The notes under the pieces: model-generated | What the model saw: only the letters and a program-made list of their open reading frames with translations | Database searches by the model: none | What the model was told of the DNA's origin: nothing | Shown here: positions 49,367-61,224 of the stretch, piece by piece | How the letters are laid out: each line of letters opens with the position of its first letter | Numbering within the stretch: position 1 is the first letter of the stretch | Translations under genes and position numbers: made by a program | Source: Azolla caroliniana | Lineage: Eukaryota; Plantae; Polypodiophyta | Length of the DNA stretch: 64,000 nucleotides | NCBI GenBank assembly: GCA_043228905.1 | Contig: JBHGNT010000010.1 | Coordinates: 18,972,001 to 19,036,000, forward strand | Reading direction: 5' to 3'

Positions 49367-49370
<4 letters not shown>
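49057..49370. mobile_element. 314-bp non-coding element with 40-bp terminal inverted repeats (TG...CA) inserted in (GA)n
   Basis: Left end TGTTACGGGCATGACCATATAATATCCCGTGGTGAGAATT. Reverse complement of the right end is TGTTACAGGCATAACCATATAATATCCCGTGGTGAGAATT (38/40). Pure GA repeats on both sides. Confidence 0.85.

Positions 49371-49446
<76 letters not shown>
49371..49446. repeat. (GA)n microsatellite, right flank of the inserted element
   Basis: Directly visible. Confidence 0.95.
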
Positions 49447-49449
<3 letters not shown>

Positions 49450-49957
49450 TGCATTCCCCACGCGGTCTGTCTAAGTATTGACGAGGCGTAGAATGAATGA
49501 GATTGAAGATATCTCGTGGTGTGATCGATGAGGACAGAGCTCCAAAAAAAAGAGGTTCTACTGACCGATGCGATCCCTAGAGAGAAGCTCATACGAGTTA
49601 CGTACATAACAAGGGATCCGGCTACACACGAAACTACAAGAGTCCATGTCGGTAGGCCCGAAACACACACACACACCACACTCACATTGGCAAGAGTGAA
49701 TGAATGTAGCCATGGAAAAGTATTTGTCTTAAGCTATGAGAGAGAGAGAGAGCCTTCCACTTTCCCCTTTGAAGAGATATAGTACATACATACATACATA
49801 CATATTGATATATCATAGATTCATATGTATGTATGTATATGTCTCTCAATTTTCCTCCTTGGGCTTCCCCTGTTCCACTTGTGTGTCAAAATATCCCCTT
49901 CCCCTGTTTCACCCTCTCCTCTCCTTTCATTCTCAGAAGAGACATAACTGTCAGTCC

Positions 49958-51643
49958 ATGGAGAGCTGCCTGCAGACCTTGCCATCCCTGTCATGCCCCC
50001 TCTGCATACCCTCCTCCTCCTCCTCCTCCTCCGCTCGCTCGCAGCTTCGACCTCATGTCCCAAGCCATGGCTCCCTTCCATCGGTGATACCCCTCAAAGT
50101 TGGGATTTCACCCTCTCTTAGCATCGGTATATCCAGGTCTCTGAAGAAATCAAGACGAGCCGTACATGTTCGTGCTCTCGAACCGAACCATCATCATGGC
50201 TCCGATGCCGTTCCGGACGAGACGAACAAGAAGAAAGAAGATCTGATCAGGGACCGAGATGTGGCTATGAAGGAAGATGATACATCCAAGAAGGATGATG
50301 CAGCCAAGAAGGATGGTGCTGTCAACATGCATGATTTAGCCGACAAGCAAGGTGTGATCAAGATGCGAGACTTGGTCAAGAAGGCAGATGTGGTCGAGAA
50401 GGCAGATGTTTTGGCCATGCAAGGAGTGGTCAAGAGTCAAGATGTGGTCAAGAAGCAAGACATGGTAAAGCCTAGCCTAGTTGTGAAGGTTCTTGACCAC
50501 ATTGATAAGGAAGGTTGTGTGTTCGGGCCGAATACTGCACCTGAAGCATGGGATAATGGTTATGTGGGTGCTCATGTGGTGAAAAGATATTTGAGTGATG
50601 AGGAAGAAAGATGGATCATGTGGTATAGCGGAAAGCCGAGCTCTTGTGAAGATGGAGCCCAAAAGAATGAGGTAATGGGCATAGCCGTTTCTTCGAATGG
50701 CCTCCACTGGAGAAGAGGAGATGGTTTAGTAGAAACTTATGGACCGAGTAGTGACGATGTCGGCAAGGTTCTGGGCTGTAGCCCTAACTGGTGGGCATTG
50801 GACACGGAATTCATTAGGCCTTCATCCGTGATCATTATGTCAAGCTTGAAAGGCACAGTTACGGCCGGCGTTTACTGGTGTTACTACACCGGCGGAGGCA
50901 TCGATTCCGTCGAGATTCCAAAGCCCAACAACTTGCCCGCGAATCAACCCGAGTTCGAACACCGCGCGGACAGTGTCGTGGTGCGTAGGACTCGTCCGGG
51001 CCTCGCCATGAGCCATGATGGGCGAGCTTGGCTGAAGATCGAAGGTGAGGATCATAGTGGGTCGCTTTTCGATGCCGGCACCAACGAGAATAAATGGGAT
51101 TCCTTGTTTATCTCCGCCCCCCATGTTGTTCAACATGGCCCAGATGACTTGAGGATGTACTATCATTCATTTGATCAGAACTCGGGGTGCTTCAGCGTGG
51201 GCTATGCGAGGTCCCGGGATGGCATGAAGTGGATTAAATATAGGAAGGTCCTCGGGGGCAGAGGGAGCTGCCATTCATTCGATGAACTTGGTGTTAAATG
51301 TTCCCAAGTTATACCGCATCCCGACGGGAATGGATATCTAATGATTTACGAGGGCGTGTCTAGAGATGGGAGCATTGGGTTTGGCCTGGCGAGGTCTGAG
51401 GATGGGCTTTCAGAATGGGAAAGGTGCAACGATGGCAGCCCTATCTTCACCGTAGCCAGCAAAGAGAATGCATGGGATAGTAGAGAAATACATAGTCCTT
51501 GTTTGGTGCATATGGGCGGGACTGAATGGCGCCTTTACTATCAGGGTATGGACAAAGATGGGAGGACAGGTATCGGGATGGCCGTGTGTACCGACCCTGA
51601 ATTGCGTGACTTTAAAAGGTTCCATGGATTGCATATGTGTTGA
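49958..51643 (+). CDS. Intronless glycosyl-hydrolase-like five-bladed beta-propeller protein with putative plastid transit peptide, 561 aa
   Basis: Open ORF; ATG 49958 is in good context (CCATGG). Ser/Arg/Pro-rich N-terminus ending in VHVRA. Repeated blade motifs WIMWYSG..MGIAVSSNGLHW, GLAMSHDGRAW, LRMYYHS..VGYARSRDGMKW, YLMIYEG..FGLARSEDGLSEW and WRLYYQG..IGMA are typical of the GH32/43/68/130-like propeller superfamily. Confidence 0.85.
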   Translation: MESCLQTLPSLSCPLCIPSSSSSSSARSQLRPHVPSHGSLPSVIPLKVGISPSLSIGISRSLKKSRRAVHVRALEPNHHHGSDAVPDETNKKKEDLIRDRDVAMKEDDTSKKDDAAKKDGAVNMHDLADKQGVIKMRDLVKKADVVEKADVLAMQGVVKSQDVVKKQDMVKPSLVVKVLDHIDKEGCVFGPNTAPEAWDNGYVGAHVVKRYLSDEEERWIMWYSGKPSSCEDGAQKNEVMGIAVSSNGLHWRRGDGLVETYGPSSDDVGKVLGCSPNWWALDTEFIRPSSVIIMSSLKGTVTAGVYWCYYTGGGIDSVEIPKPNNLPANQPEFEHRADSVVVRRTRPGLAMSHDGRAWLKIEGEDHSGSLFDAGTNENKWDSLFISAPHVVQHGPDDLRMYYHSFDQNSGCFSVGYARSRDGMKWIKYRKVLGGRGSCHSFDELGVKCSQVIPHPDGNGYLMIYEGVSRDGSIGFGLARSEDGLSEWERCNDGSPIFTVASKENAWDSREIHSPCLVHMGGTEWRLYYQGMDKDGRTGIGMAVCTDPELRDFKRFHGLHMC

Positions 51644-51827
51644 TGTGTGCTGCACAAATTGAGCATGTTGAGGGAAGCATGCCATTCCAAAGAGTGGAAT
51701 ATATTTTACTAAAACTGGTCTTAGTCTTGTAATGTGGATTAGTTACTTACTCAGCTCTGTATAATATCACCTTCCCTATCTTAGGGAGCCATTTGTATAT
51801 ACTTTATTGTTGTGTGACCACAAAATC

Positions 51828-52002
51828 GCCGGAGAACTTCGGTGCTTTGGAATGAAATTAATATATTGTTTGTATAAAATCGATATAATCATGCAAAAGT
51901 CTGCATTTTTGTAACTTGCCGGATAACTTTGGTGCTTTGGAATGAAATTAATATTTTGTTTGTATAAAATCGATATATTCATGCAAAAGTCTGCATTTTT
52001 GT
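51828..52002. repeat. 90-bp tandem duplication downstream of the propeller gene
   Basis: GCCGGA.AACTT.GGTGCTTTGGAATGAAATTAAT...GCAAAAGTCTGCATTTTTGT at 51828 and 51918. Confidence 0.9.
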
Positions 52003-55000
52003 TCATGTTGTAACTTTACTCAAATACATTAGAGCTATAAATGGTTTGTTATTTACATGGGTATGGACAATTTTCATTACTTTTGAGACAAATGTGAATT
52101 ATTGTGAATCTATTGAACTTTTTGAGCCAATTGTAGCCACTCATAAAAATTACTGGTATATTATCCTTTCATGAATTGTCATAGACCAAAATTTTATTGG
52201 ACATAACACACGCATTGTCTCATCTATTTGAGTCTCTCTTGACTATTGTAAAATGACTCGTTGAGCACAATTTTGTTTATCAGTATTTGCAAGAAATGCC
52301 TCGTTTACCTCTTATGTCAAGAATGTTTTGCGACATGACAATACAAAAAATAAACAACAAATATAAAACCATGAAGCATACATCGAAGTCCTCAATTCAA
52401 CCTTCATTATGGGCCATTGTATTAGATAATGCGTGAGTACTGATTTATCGTGATAGCCTCAAATTTAATCATGTTTAACCTAAATAATTTGATTTAACTA
52501 GCGAATAATTATGGCAACAATTTCTAACGTACCTTCTCCCATTTTTGCATAGCAATGATAATTTAATTACTTACCTCTCTATCATTTCCTAAATATATAT
52601 TTACTTAGTAGTGCTCTTGTTTAATTTTGTAGTTAAAACATAGCCATTATAATTTGGAAGATCCTTGACATGATTAGAGAAAACTACTCGAATTGGCATC
52701 ATTGGCTCTTTTTATTCCTCTCTAACGATGGAAGGCACCCTTTTGTTTTCTAAGGTAAGTAATATTAACAAAACATTGATAAGCTTGATGTTTTGGTTTG
52801 ATCTTTGTATATTAATGACAATGATATTGTAGTGACTTAGTAGGGATTTCCTTTTCTCTCAAAGAAAAAAGATTGACGAAAATTAAAAGAACTTTTGAGC
52901 TTTGAAGAATGTAAGGTCAAGTTGTTAATCATCATATTCTATTGGGAGTTCATACTACTTTTGCCTACATGCCTTGGCAAATCCTCACATCATAAGAGTG
53001 TGCTTGGGCAACATTTGCCGGTGTTTGTGAAATGTGAAAGTAATCTTTATATAGCAAACTTTATTTGAGTCTGTGAATCAACACGTTTTTGTTGAGATGT
53101 CGAGCTCAACCACACACCTTATTTGTGAACACACTCTTTGTACATATGTGGGTGAAAGTCCACCATTGACTAAATGCATGTATTTTAGATATCTCATTCA
53201 TTCCTAGAATGATCTAGAGTTCTATGCATACATGTTTTTGTATGCCTTAATCTTTTGGCATACAAAAACATGAGATGGCTAGGAGATATTGTTGTGTGCA
53301 ATTTGTTTTGTAATTGCCTTCTGGTGTCAAACAAGTAAACCATCATAAGTGCACTAACCTATATTTGAAATATTCAAGTGATGACTATTTTTGTGTCCTA
53401 TAATCTATTGTCATGCATATTGTTCATCTCTTATCAAAGCGATGAATTCGTCGACATTCATGAATTTGTCTTTCCTATGAAAAAGACACAATTGTCTATT
53501 TTCATGTTTAAACTTGAATGTTTACAAATGCATACAATGATACTCATTATTTCAACATTTTATATAAATTTGTAATAATCGAGTGACAAGCGTCCTTATA
53601 TGATAGACCATCCATATATGCCTATGATCGACAAAAAAAATTCAAAACTTGTGTCTGGTGATTTCTCTTGCTTATTCTGGCATTTCACCTCGTGGTATGT
53701 TGAGAGATGAAACCCTCAAATACGAGGATAAACCCTCCTTGAAAAAGGACATTTTAACAACATAGTCAAACCATAAATTGTAACTCTAAACAATATGTTG
53801 TAGGAGTGAACATGTAATGTATGATATATAAAAGTCATAAAGTAAGTTCTTAATACTTATTCACTAGTTTGTCTATGACTCTTGATATTGCATGTATGAT
53901 AGTTGGAATCACTTTAACCACCCACATAGTTAACTTTGCTAGTGCAATATTTAAGGATTAATTTCACTTAACACAATGATTTACATTGGAAATATTATTG
54001 TGCGAAGAGTAGAAATATCATTGTATAATATTATTGTATTGCACCCAATATATTATATAAGAATCAATATTAAAATCAAGTTCGGTATTGATGGTTCTAG
54101 TAACTTAATATGAGTTTATTCCCACCTGCTAATTTTAAATTAAAAATCCAAGTAGAGTCTACTCTCTCTTGAATTGTCAATTTTAAATTAAAAAACTAAA
54201 CATTTAGATTATATATAAGATTGAAGATTAAGTTTGAATCAGAACGTTAAGTTCTTGATGTAGTGTCTCTTAAATACGTCACTCTACCAAATATATAGTG
54301 CCACCATGTTGCCCAAGAGTTCCTTTGTTTAAACTTTACACATAATCATGAAATTAATATTTCCAAGATACGGAAAGGAAGATGAAAAACCTTCACATAC
54401 TATCATAACATGATTGTATTATTATTTGATAGTGAGTAAGACCAATTTTCCATCAATGGAGTGTGTTTCACTTAAAAAAACTTTCTTGCAAAAGGGTGTT
54501 CACTTATCCAAGGCAGGCTTTTCTACCTCTTCTTTATGCTCAAGCCACTTTCTCATCTGTATGTATAAATAAACTTTTCTTGTTGGAGGCCAAACATAAT
54601 GCTCAAATTTGAGGTCTCCTACAAACAACATGCATATAAAGTGTGACTAGATTCATTTTCATATTTTTCTCACATTCCATATTGGAGCTAATGAAAAATA
54701 AGTAATTGCCACATTGTATACATGGTTTATGCATTAATCCTTAAATTCATGTTGCTATATTTGGAATGTCTCCTATTGTTTAGCGATTCAGAAACCACAT
54801 GCCCTTGCAAAATTTCCTACGATAAGATTTGGTTGCTTCTTTAAGGGTTTCTCTTTGTTATGTATGTTCTTGCATTTGTTTGTTGGCACCATAAAGGTCA
54901 AATGGTGGGTTGCCCCTTATCAACTAGAGATGTTTTTGTTTGTGGTTGGTTCTTTCATCCTTATGTCTAACATATTTCTTTGGAGATCATCTTTCATGAA

Positions 55001-55889
55001 GTTGTCCTAGGAGCCATAACTTGCTATATAAATCTCCATGGGCTTTTCTTCAAGATGGTTGATGCTTCTCAAGGATTCCTTGGCAACTGTTTGATGATAG
55101 TTGTATAGAAAGATTATGTGGCCACTATTGTTGATTTGCGATGAGACAACCTCAAATCATTCTATGGGACAATTTCTATCCCCTAGAGCCTCATAACATG
55201 TTTACAAAGGAGCCTATTGGACTCTACCAAAAACTACCTTCTCTTGCTGGCTTTTGATAGTGCCTTCATGATCACAAAGTGACTCATATGGAATGCCAAA
55301 TGTAGTTTGATGGAGAAAAGATCTTGACTAGCATATTATACCACCAAAACATTGCTATATCATCAACCAAAATGGCAAAGACTAGAAGCTCATACTTTCA
55401 AGCCCCTACATCTCACAATGGCATCTAGTATATTAGAAAAAAATGTATGGTGTAATGGAGAGGCGTGAAAGACAAACCATCAACCCAAGGACATGAGTTG
55501 GTACACTAGGATAAGCTCATTAAGATGAGAAATTGATATTTTTATCGTCCACAAGGAGGTCAAATTTGACCCATAGGACTAAATAAACATATCATCTTGT
55601 ATGTGACTCCATCATTAGAAGGGGGGGTTATAACTTTGTATGTGAAAATAACACACATATAGAAATTTGAGCCACTCTTCTTGGTAGAGAATTGGGCTAC
55701 CAACATAAGCAAACAACTCATTCCCCTTCCACTATTCCTTGGATCTGCTTGTACGATAGGTTTGTGACCCTCCAGATGCATTCAACACCCTTGAGGTGAT
55801 CTTGTTGTTCCTATGGGATGGGGAGGTGATGGGGTCGGTTCATGGATCTTGATTTCATTCGCTGCTTTGCACCTAGGTAGTTGAAGAGG

Positions 55890-56670
55890 GATAGTCTATA
55901 TGACACTTAAATTATCACGCTCTTCTAAGAACTCATCATACTTCTCATGAATTACCTTATATGTTAAGCATGTGAGAAGTAAGTGATATTCATTCTCCAC
56001 AAGATTTTCGATGCATACCTTGCATATCTTCATACTTGATTGATGATGTTATGGTGCTACCTCAATACGTAACTCGTGTGAGCGAGTTTGAATAAGTGTT
56101 AGCGCTCTCTGAGAACCAACATTCATGGGGGTAGTAAGATGCAATTTGGATATATTTTGGCAATTTTACCTTGTAATTGAGTTAGCATTGAGAGTTAACG
56201 ATTGTATTGTAACATTCCAACTTTGACATTTTTAGCATCTTGCCACTTAATCCTTATTGCCTCTCACAATCTATCCTTGATATCCACGTACTTCATAGCA
56301 GCACTTGAGAGCTCCAATAAATCTTCCGCTGCCCTTTTTTTTTTACCATTTCATAATGTCAAGCTAGATCAGAGGATTTTGACCCGTGTTTCTCTCTCTC
56401 AAACGCCACTCGCGTGATTTCAAGGAGTCTTCATGAATAGTTGTGCAATGGATTTGAGAATCTGGGGAAATTTCCTCCATGCGCTTATTAGATTTTTCTA
56501 CCTTGTAGCTTACATTCCAAGGTTGCTTTGGCAAATTGTGTTTCGGTACATTCAAGACTTTTGCAATATAACTATATACGCTTTGCATGGAAAAGATAGG
56601 ACGCTAATGCAAAGGCTTCCAATTCATCAAGTTAATGATCAACTTTTTACTTCGAAGTTGGCTAGTTGAG
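55890..56670 (-). mobile_element. Degenerate RTE-like LINE 3' fragment
   Basis: Minus strand encodes TRSHELRIEVAP and ICKVCIENLVENEYHF, homologous to the RTE C-terminus at ~43960-44090. Confidence 0.7.
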
Positions 56671-57689
56671 CTTGTTATCTCAACATAACCTTTGAGCTCA
56701 ATTATGTCATATTTTCAAGTGAACGAGGAGCATGTTTTTCTTTCATCACTCATCAAGCTTGGCAAATCAACGGGGTGTAGGCCACCAGACATAGCCAACC
56801 TACCATCGACATCCCATACCGACGAATATTAAGATGACTAGTACCTTGGAAGAGATAGCACAATCGTCGCGACAAAAGTCTAGCCCGCACCACTGGTGTC
56901 TTAAGACGACAACCTTCAAACATAATATATTTTATGAGGGTAGCTAGACCTCACATTTATACCTCTTCCTAGGTCCCTTGAATGGACGTGCTTTTCTAAA
57001 AGATTCTCCATTCATTGATTTTCAAGATCATGATAGTGTGTGCACCTATCATTCCTTCTAAGTTCTACCCAAACACATTAGTTGCGTTCTAACAATAGTG
57101 AACATGCCCTTCACTTATGTAGATATTAGTAACTTACCCACACCTATGTGATGTGTGCATAACACAACCATATTAAAGATAAAGACTAACAATTGAGGAA
57201 GTCAAGACAAGCAAATGTTAATATTTTGTTTAGCTACACATTAATTTAGGTGTAGCCTTTTTTTTAATGCACTTGGAGAACCCAACATGTTGGTTATTAA
57301 AATTCAAGCACCATCACCAAATTTAACATTTTAAAATATCTCAAATCAATTATTAACTTTCCATTTGGCATCCCTAAATTCTTCAATAAATTATAAAAAC
57401 TTTTTGTCTTGCCCTTAGTAATACATTTGCTTCTCATACATTTCGTAGAAAAACTTTTTGAGAACACGAACTTAATGAGAACGGAATGATGACTTCTTGT
57501 TGATATTAAAGGCATCTCATACCTAGTCTTACAAGAGTACCATGAAGGAACTCCCAATCAACTCAATCATATGTTTTTTCAAAGTCAATTAACAAAATTA
57601 CTTAATCCTCTTTTTTCTTACGAGCCAAGGCAATGGATTCCCCAAAAAAGAACAAATTATCCAGTATACTTCTTTATTCAGCGTGCAAT

Positions 57690-60130
57690 TATGTTTTGGT
57701 AGAAGGGGTTAAAGGTGATGGGTTTCAAATTTCCTGAAGTGTACGACAAGGCTATCCACTTGCACCATATTTATTTCTATTTTTTGCATAAGTGATGAGT
57801 TTGTTTTTTCCTGCTGAAGAGGTTGGATTGAAAGGAATAGCAATGCCCCTTGATGGGACAAATGTTGTCGATGTAGAATTTGTTGATGATACAAGTTTGT
57901 ATCTAGATGTCAGATTAATAATTTGCATAAAATGTACACAACAGTGCAAACAATTTGTATGGCTTCAGGTGCATCAATTAATTGGAATAAATTAGTGGGT
58001 TTTTTGGTGTTGTCAAATTCCACAACTCCACAATGGAGTCCCCATCCAGATTTCCGATGGATTCCCGAGGGCACTTCTGTTAGATATTTGGGATGTCATG
58101 TAGGTTTGAATATTTTTTCAAAAATTCAAGTTGCTTCTTTTCTATTGAAAATTAGGAAAAAACTATTGTTTTGGAGTAAAGCTAAACTATCATTTGCGGG
58201 TAGAGTGATAGTTGTTAATCAAGTTTTGTTGTCTAGCCTCTGGTATATTATGTCATGTTGGAGTTTTTCCAGATCATGTATCGAACAATTACAAAGATTG
58301 ATCCATAATTATTTGTGGTCTGGTAATGATGGAAGCCATGCAAGAGCAAAGGTCTCTTGGTCCACGATTGTTAAGCCATTGGATAAGGGAGGATCAGGGA
58401 TTGTAGATCCATTACAACAGTCCAAAGCTTTGATTGCAAAATTGGTGATTCGAGGATTGTTGCCAGGATTAGAACCTTGGAAACAATTGTTGTTTTATGA
58501 ATTGCAAAATTTTTGTCCCAAAACTGGTGGGGATTGGAGCCCTAGTTTTAGATGGGCTTTTATGGAACATAACAAATTGGCTATTGCCACAAACTGGGAA
58601 GACAAATTGCTCGATCTGTTCTTAATGCATGGAAAGATGTTTCTCTTGATTTAGTTAAGACATTGCCAAAATAAAATCTGAATTCTGTAGACAACCCTTG
58701 ATTTAGAATTCATGGTTGATTGACTAGAGAGGACAGATGTTGGGAAAGCGTACTAGATGTGCATGAGCAGAATTAGATCATGGGCCAACACAGTCTGTAG
58801 GTGCATGGACAACATTTCTGTCTAAACCTATAGACCAACAAATGATACTGATTAGTAATATAAGGGGTGGGAAGATAATGTATTTTGCAATACAAAATGC
58901 CCTTTCTAATATTTAGATGCCAATTGGATCTGCAACATAGAAGTGGATGAGTTTATTTACTTCATTGGATGTTTTTATTGGTGTTAAAACCTATATTGGG
59001 GAACAAGAGAGTATGAGTTTTGATGTACCAGATGATGGTAGGTTAATCTTTACACCTAAGGAAAATGATTTGTTTAGGTTTTGTTTGCATAAAGAAATGA
59101 GGGTGATTGCAAATGATGGATCAATTTGCGTCTTAGACCCAGATCCTTAAAAGGTGAATTACTTTTGGAGGATTTGGATTATGGAAAGGAGACCAATATC
59201 TAGATTAACTTGGGATCCCAGAGAACTGTATTGGAAGGTGTGGGTGCAACATCACATCAAATACATGCCTTTCTTTCAATATTTTGTGAAGATTGGTAGG
59301 AAAATATTAGGTGCTAGATCATGAAAAGAACCAACTGCAAATGTTGTTTGGAGACGAAATGAACTTTCTCCAGAACATCTCAAACCATTTTGGAAATGGC
59401 CATGGGGTATAAAATGAGTAGGAAAATTGTTTGTTTTCGATGGTTTTTGGTTCATAAAGCTATACCAGTTAATGGGTGGTGAAAAGGAAATGTATGGATT
59501 TAATAGAGACTGCTAAACATTGTTTGTGACGTTGTGGTTTTGTTATCTACATATGGAATGAAGCATAAAATTATTAACTCTAGTATATCCTAGAGCAATG
59601 TATACATGGGGTGCAATATTATGGGCGGTGGTACATGATAAACCTATGGTATATGAACAGGAGGAGGTTGCAGATGCTATTGTGATGAGACATGGTTTGA
59701 TGGAAAAAAAAATTGATCCCTTTGAATACACAAATACAAACTGATAAACCTCAAATATGGTAATTGGTAAGTAGTATTACAATTTGGTATATTTGGAAGG
59801 CTCGATGTTTGAAGGTATTTCAAAATGTGACGGAAAGACCCGCCCAAATAATTTCGGGAATTTGGATAGAGATTGTGCATAATCTCAGAGGGTTGTTGGA
59901 TAGTATAAAAGGTAATACGCACCAAGTAGAGCTTAAGCGTTTGGAGTTTCATGCCATTTGGAACATAGATATATTTTATATACAGTTTTTTTATAAGGTG
60001 AAGTGGTTTTACTCAACACCAAAGTATTTATTTAAGCTGATGGTTAGAATTTAGAAAAATATAGGGGATCAGTGGATATCTTGTATGTTTAGCCTTACGA
60101 CATTTTCTAATACTAACATAGTATCTTTTT
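57690..60130 (+). mobile_element. 5'-truncated degenerate L1-clade LINE
   Basis: RQGYPLAPY, VEFVDDTSLYL, VRYLG, KLSFAGRVIVVNQVLLS, LDKGGSGIVDP and IWYIWKARCLKVFQ motifs. Many stops and frameshifts. Confidence 0.9.
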
Positions 60131-61224
60131 TTTGGAAAAAAGAAAGAAAGAAAAGGCATCACATACCAACATCAACAATATTTGGAATCAAACGTGTAAA
60201 GAGCATGAAGTGAGAATATACATGCAATGTCAGACACAACAAATGATTGTACTATCCTATTATATCATAGTTGTACATAGTTTATTGATGTTTGTGTTCA
60301 TCTATATTGTAAATGTTATGCCATCTTTCCATAACGCTATGTGGGTTTTCGAGCAAACCTTAAATCTGTTATTGTTGTAGCAAGCAAGGTATGGAAAAAA
60401 AACACAAAGGCACCGGACAAGACAATCCATACCGAAACAAGGAACGATATGTGGATTATGTGACGCGTGTGCTTTTCGGCAATTGATAAGAGAACCGAGA
60501 ATTGGCAGTTAATGCTCTAGAAGTACACATCTCATGGAATTCGTTGGTTCAATCTATCTCGAACAGAGTGCTTTGTTTTCTTTTGAGTGAAAACAGAGCA
60601 CACACATGCATACTAATGTAAGCAATGAATGATGAGGCCATGTGGGTTTACTTCATCCACACTCTCTTCTCATCGTCACCATCATCATTGGCCTTTCATC
60701 TTTTGTGGGCACTTTGCTGGATTCAATGGTGTTTGTTGAACCAACCCTGTCAACAGAGTGTTTGGTGGGTGTAACATAAGCTTAGCTTTCTAACAACTTC
60801 TAAAGTTAAAAAAGAAGAACAGAAAAACCCATCCCGCACTCCTTATTTTCCTTTATGTTTTACCTTGCCCCCTCCCCTGTTTCCTCACCATTTTTTCACC
60901 TGCTAAAAGATCAGTATCTCATCCAGTTAACGATCACGGTTTCTTTTTTTCTGTTCCTTTGGTGTGACTCACATTAGGTAATCTTTTTTTACTTCATTTA
61001 TGCTTTTCACATTGTTATGGTATAATAAACACGTTATTAGGGTATGATAAACCTTTTTTGCTTGGGGTCATTTTTCTTTTGTTAAGTTCATTAATCATAA
61101 TTTTTCTTGTGGTAAGCATTGTTCTGATCTTATTCTGACCATGAATGTTTCATTTTATTAAATAAAAACTTAAGCTTTTGTATGTTTTCTTCCTTCTGGC
61201 AGTGATTGATCCAATCATAAGAAT

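Noticed and set aside
49736-49957. First 74 codons of the 635-aa ORF
   Set aside because: They translate microsatellite-like UTR sequence (RERES, TYIHTYI); ATG 49958 precedes a coherent transit peptide.
52700-55800. Possible decayed DNA-transposon sequence
   Set aside because: No TIRs, TSD or transposase motifs could be identified by eye.
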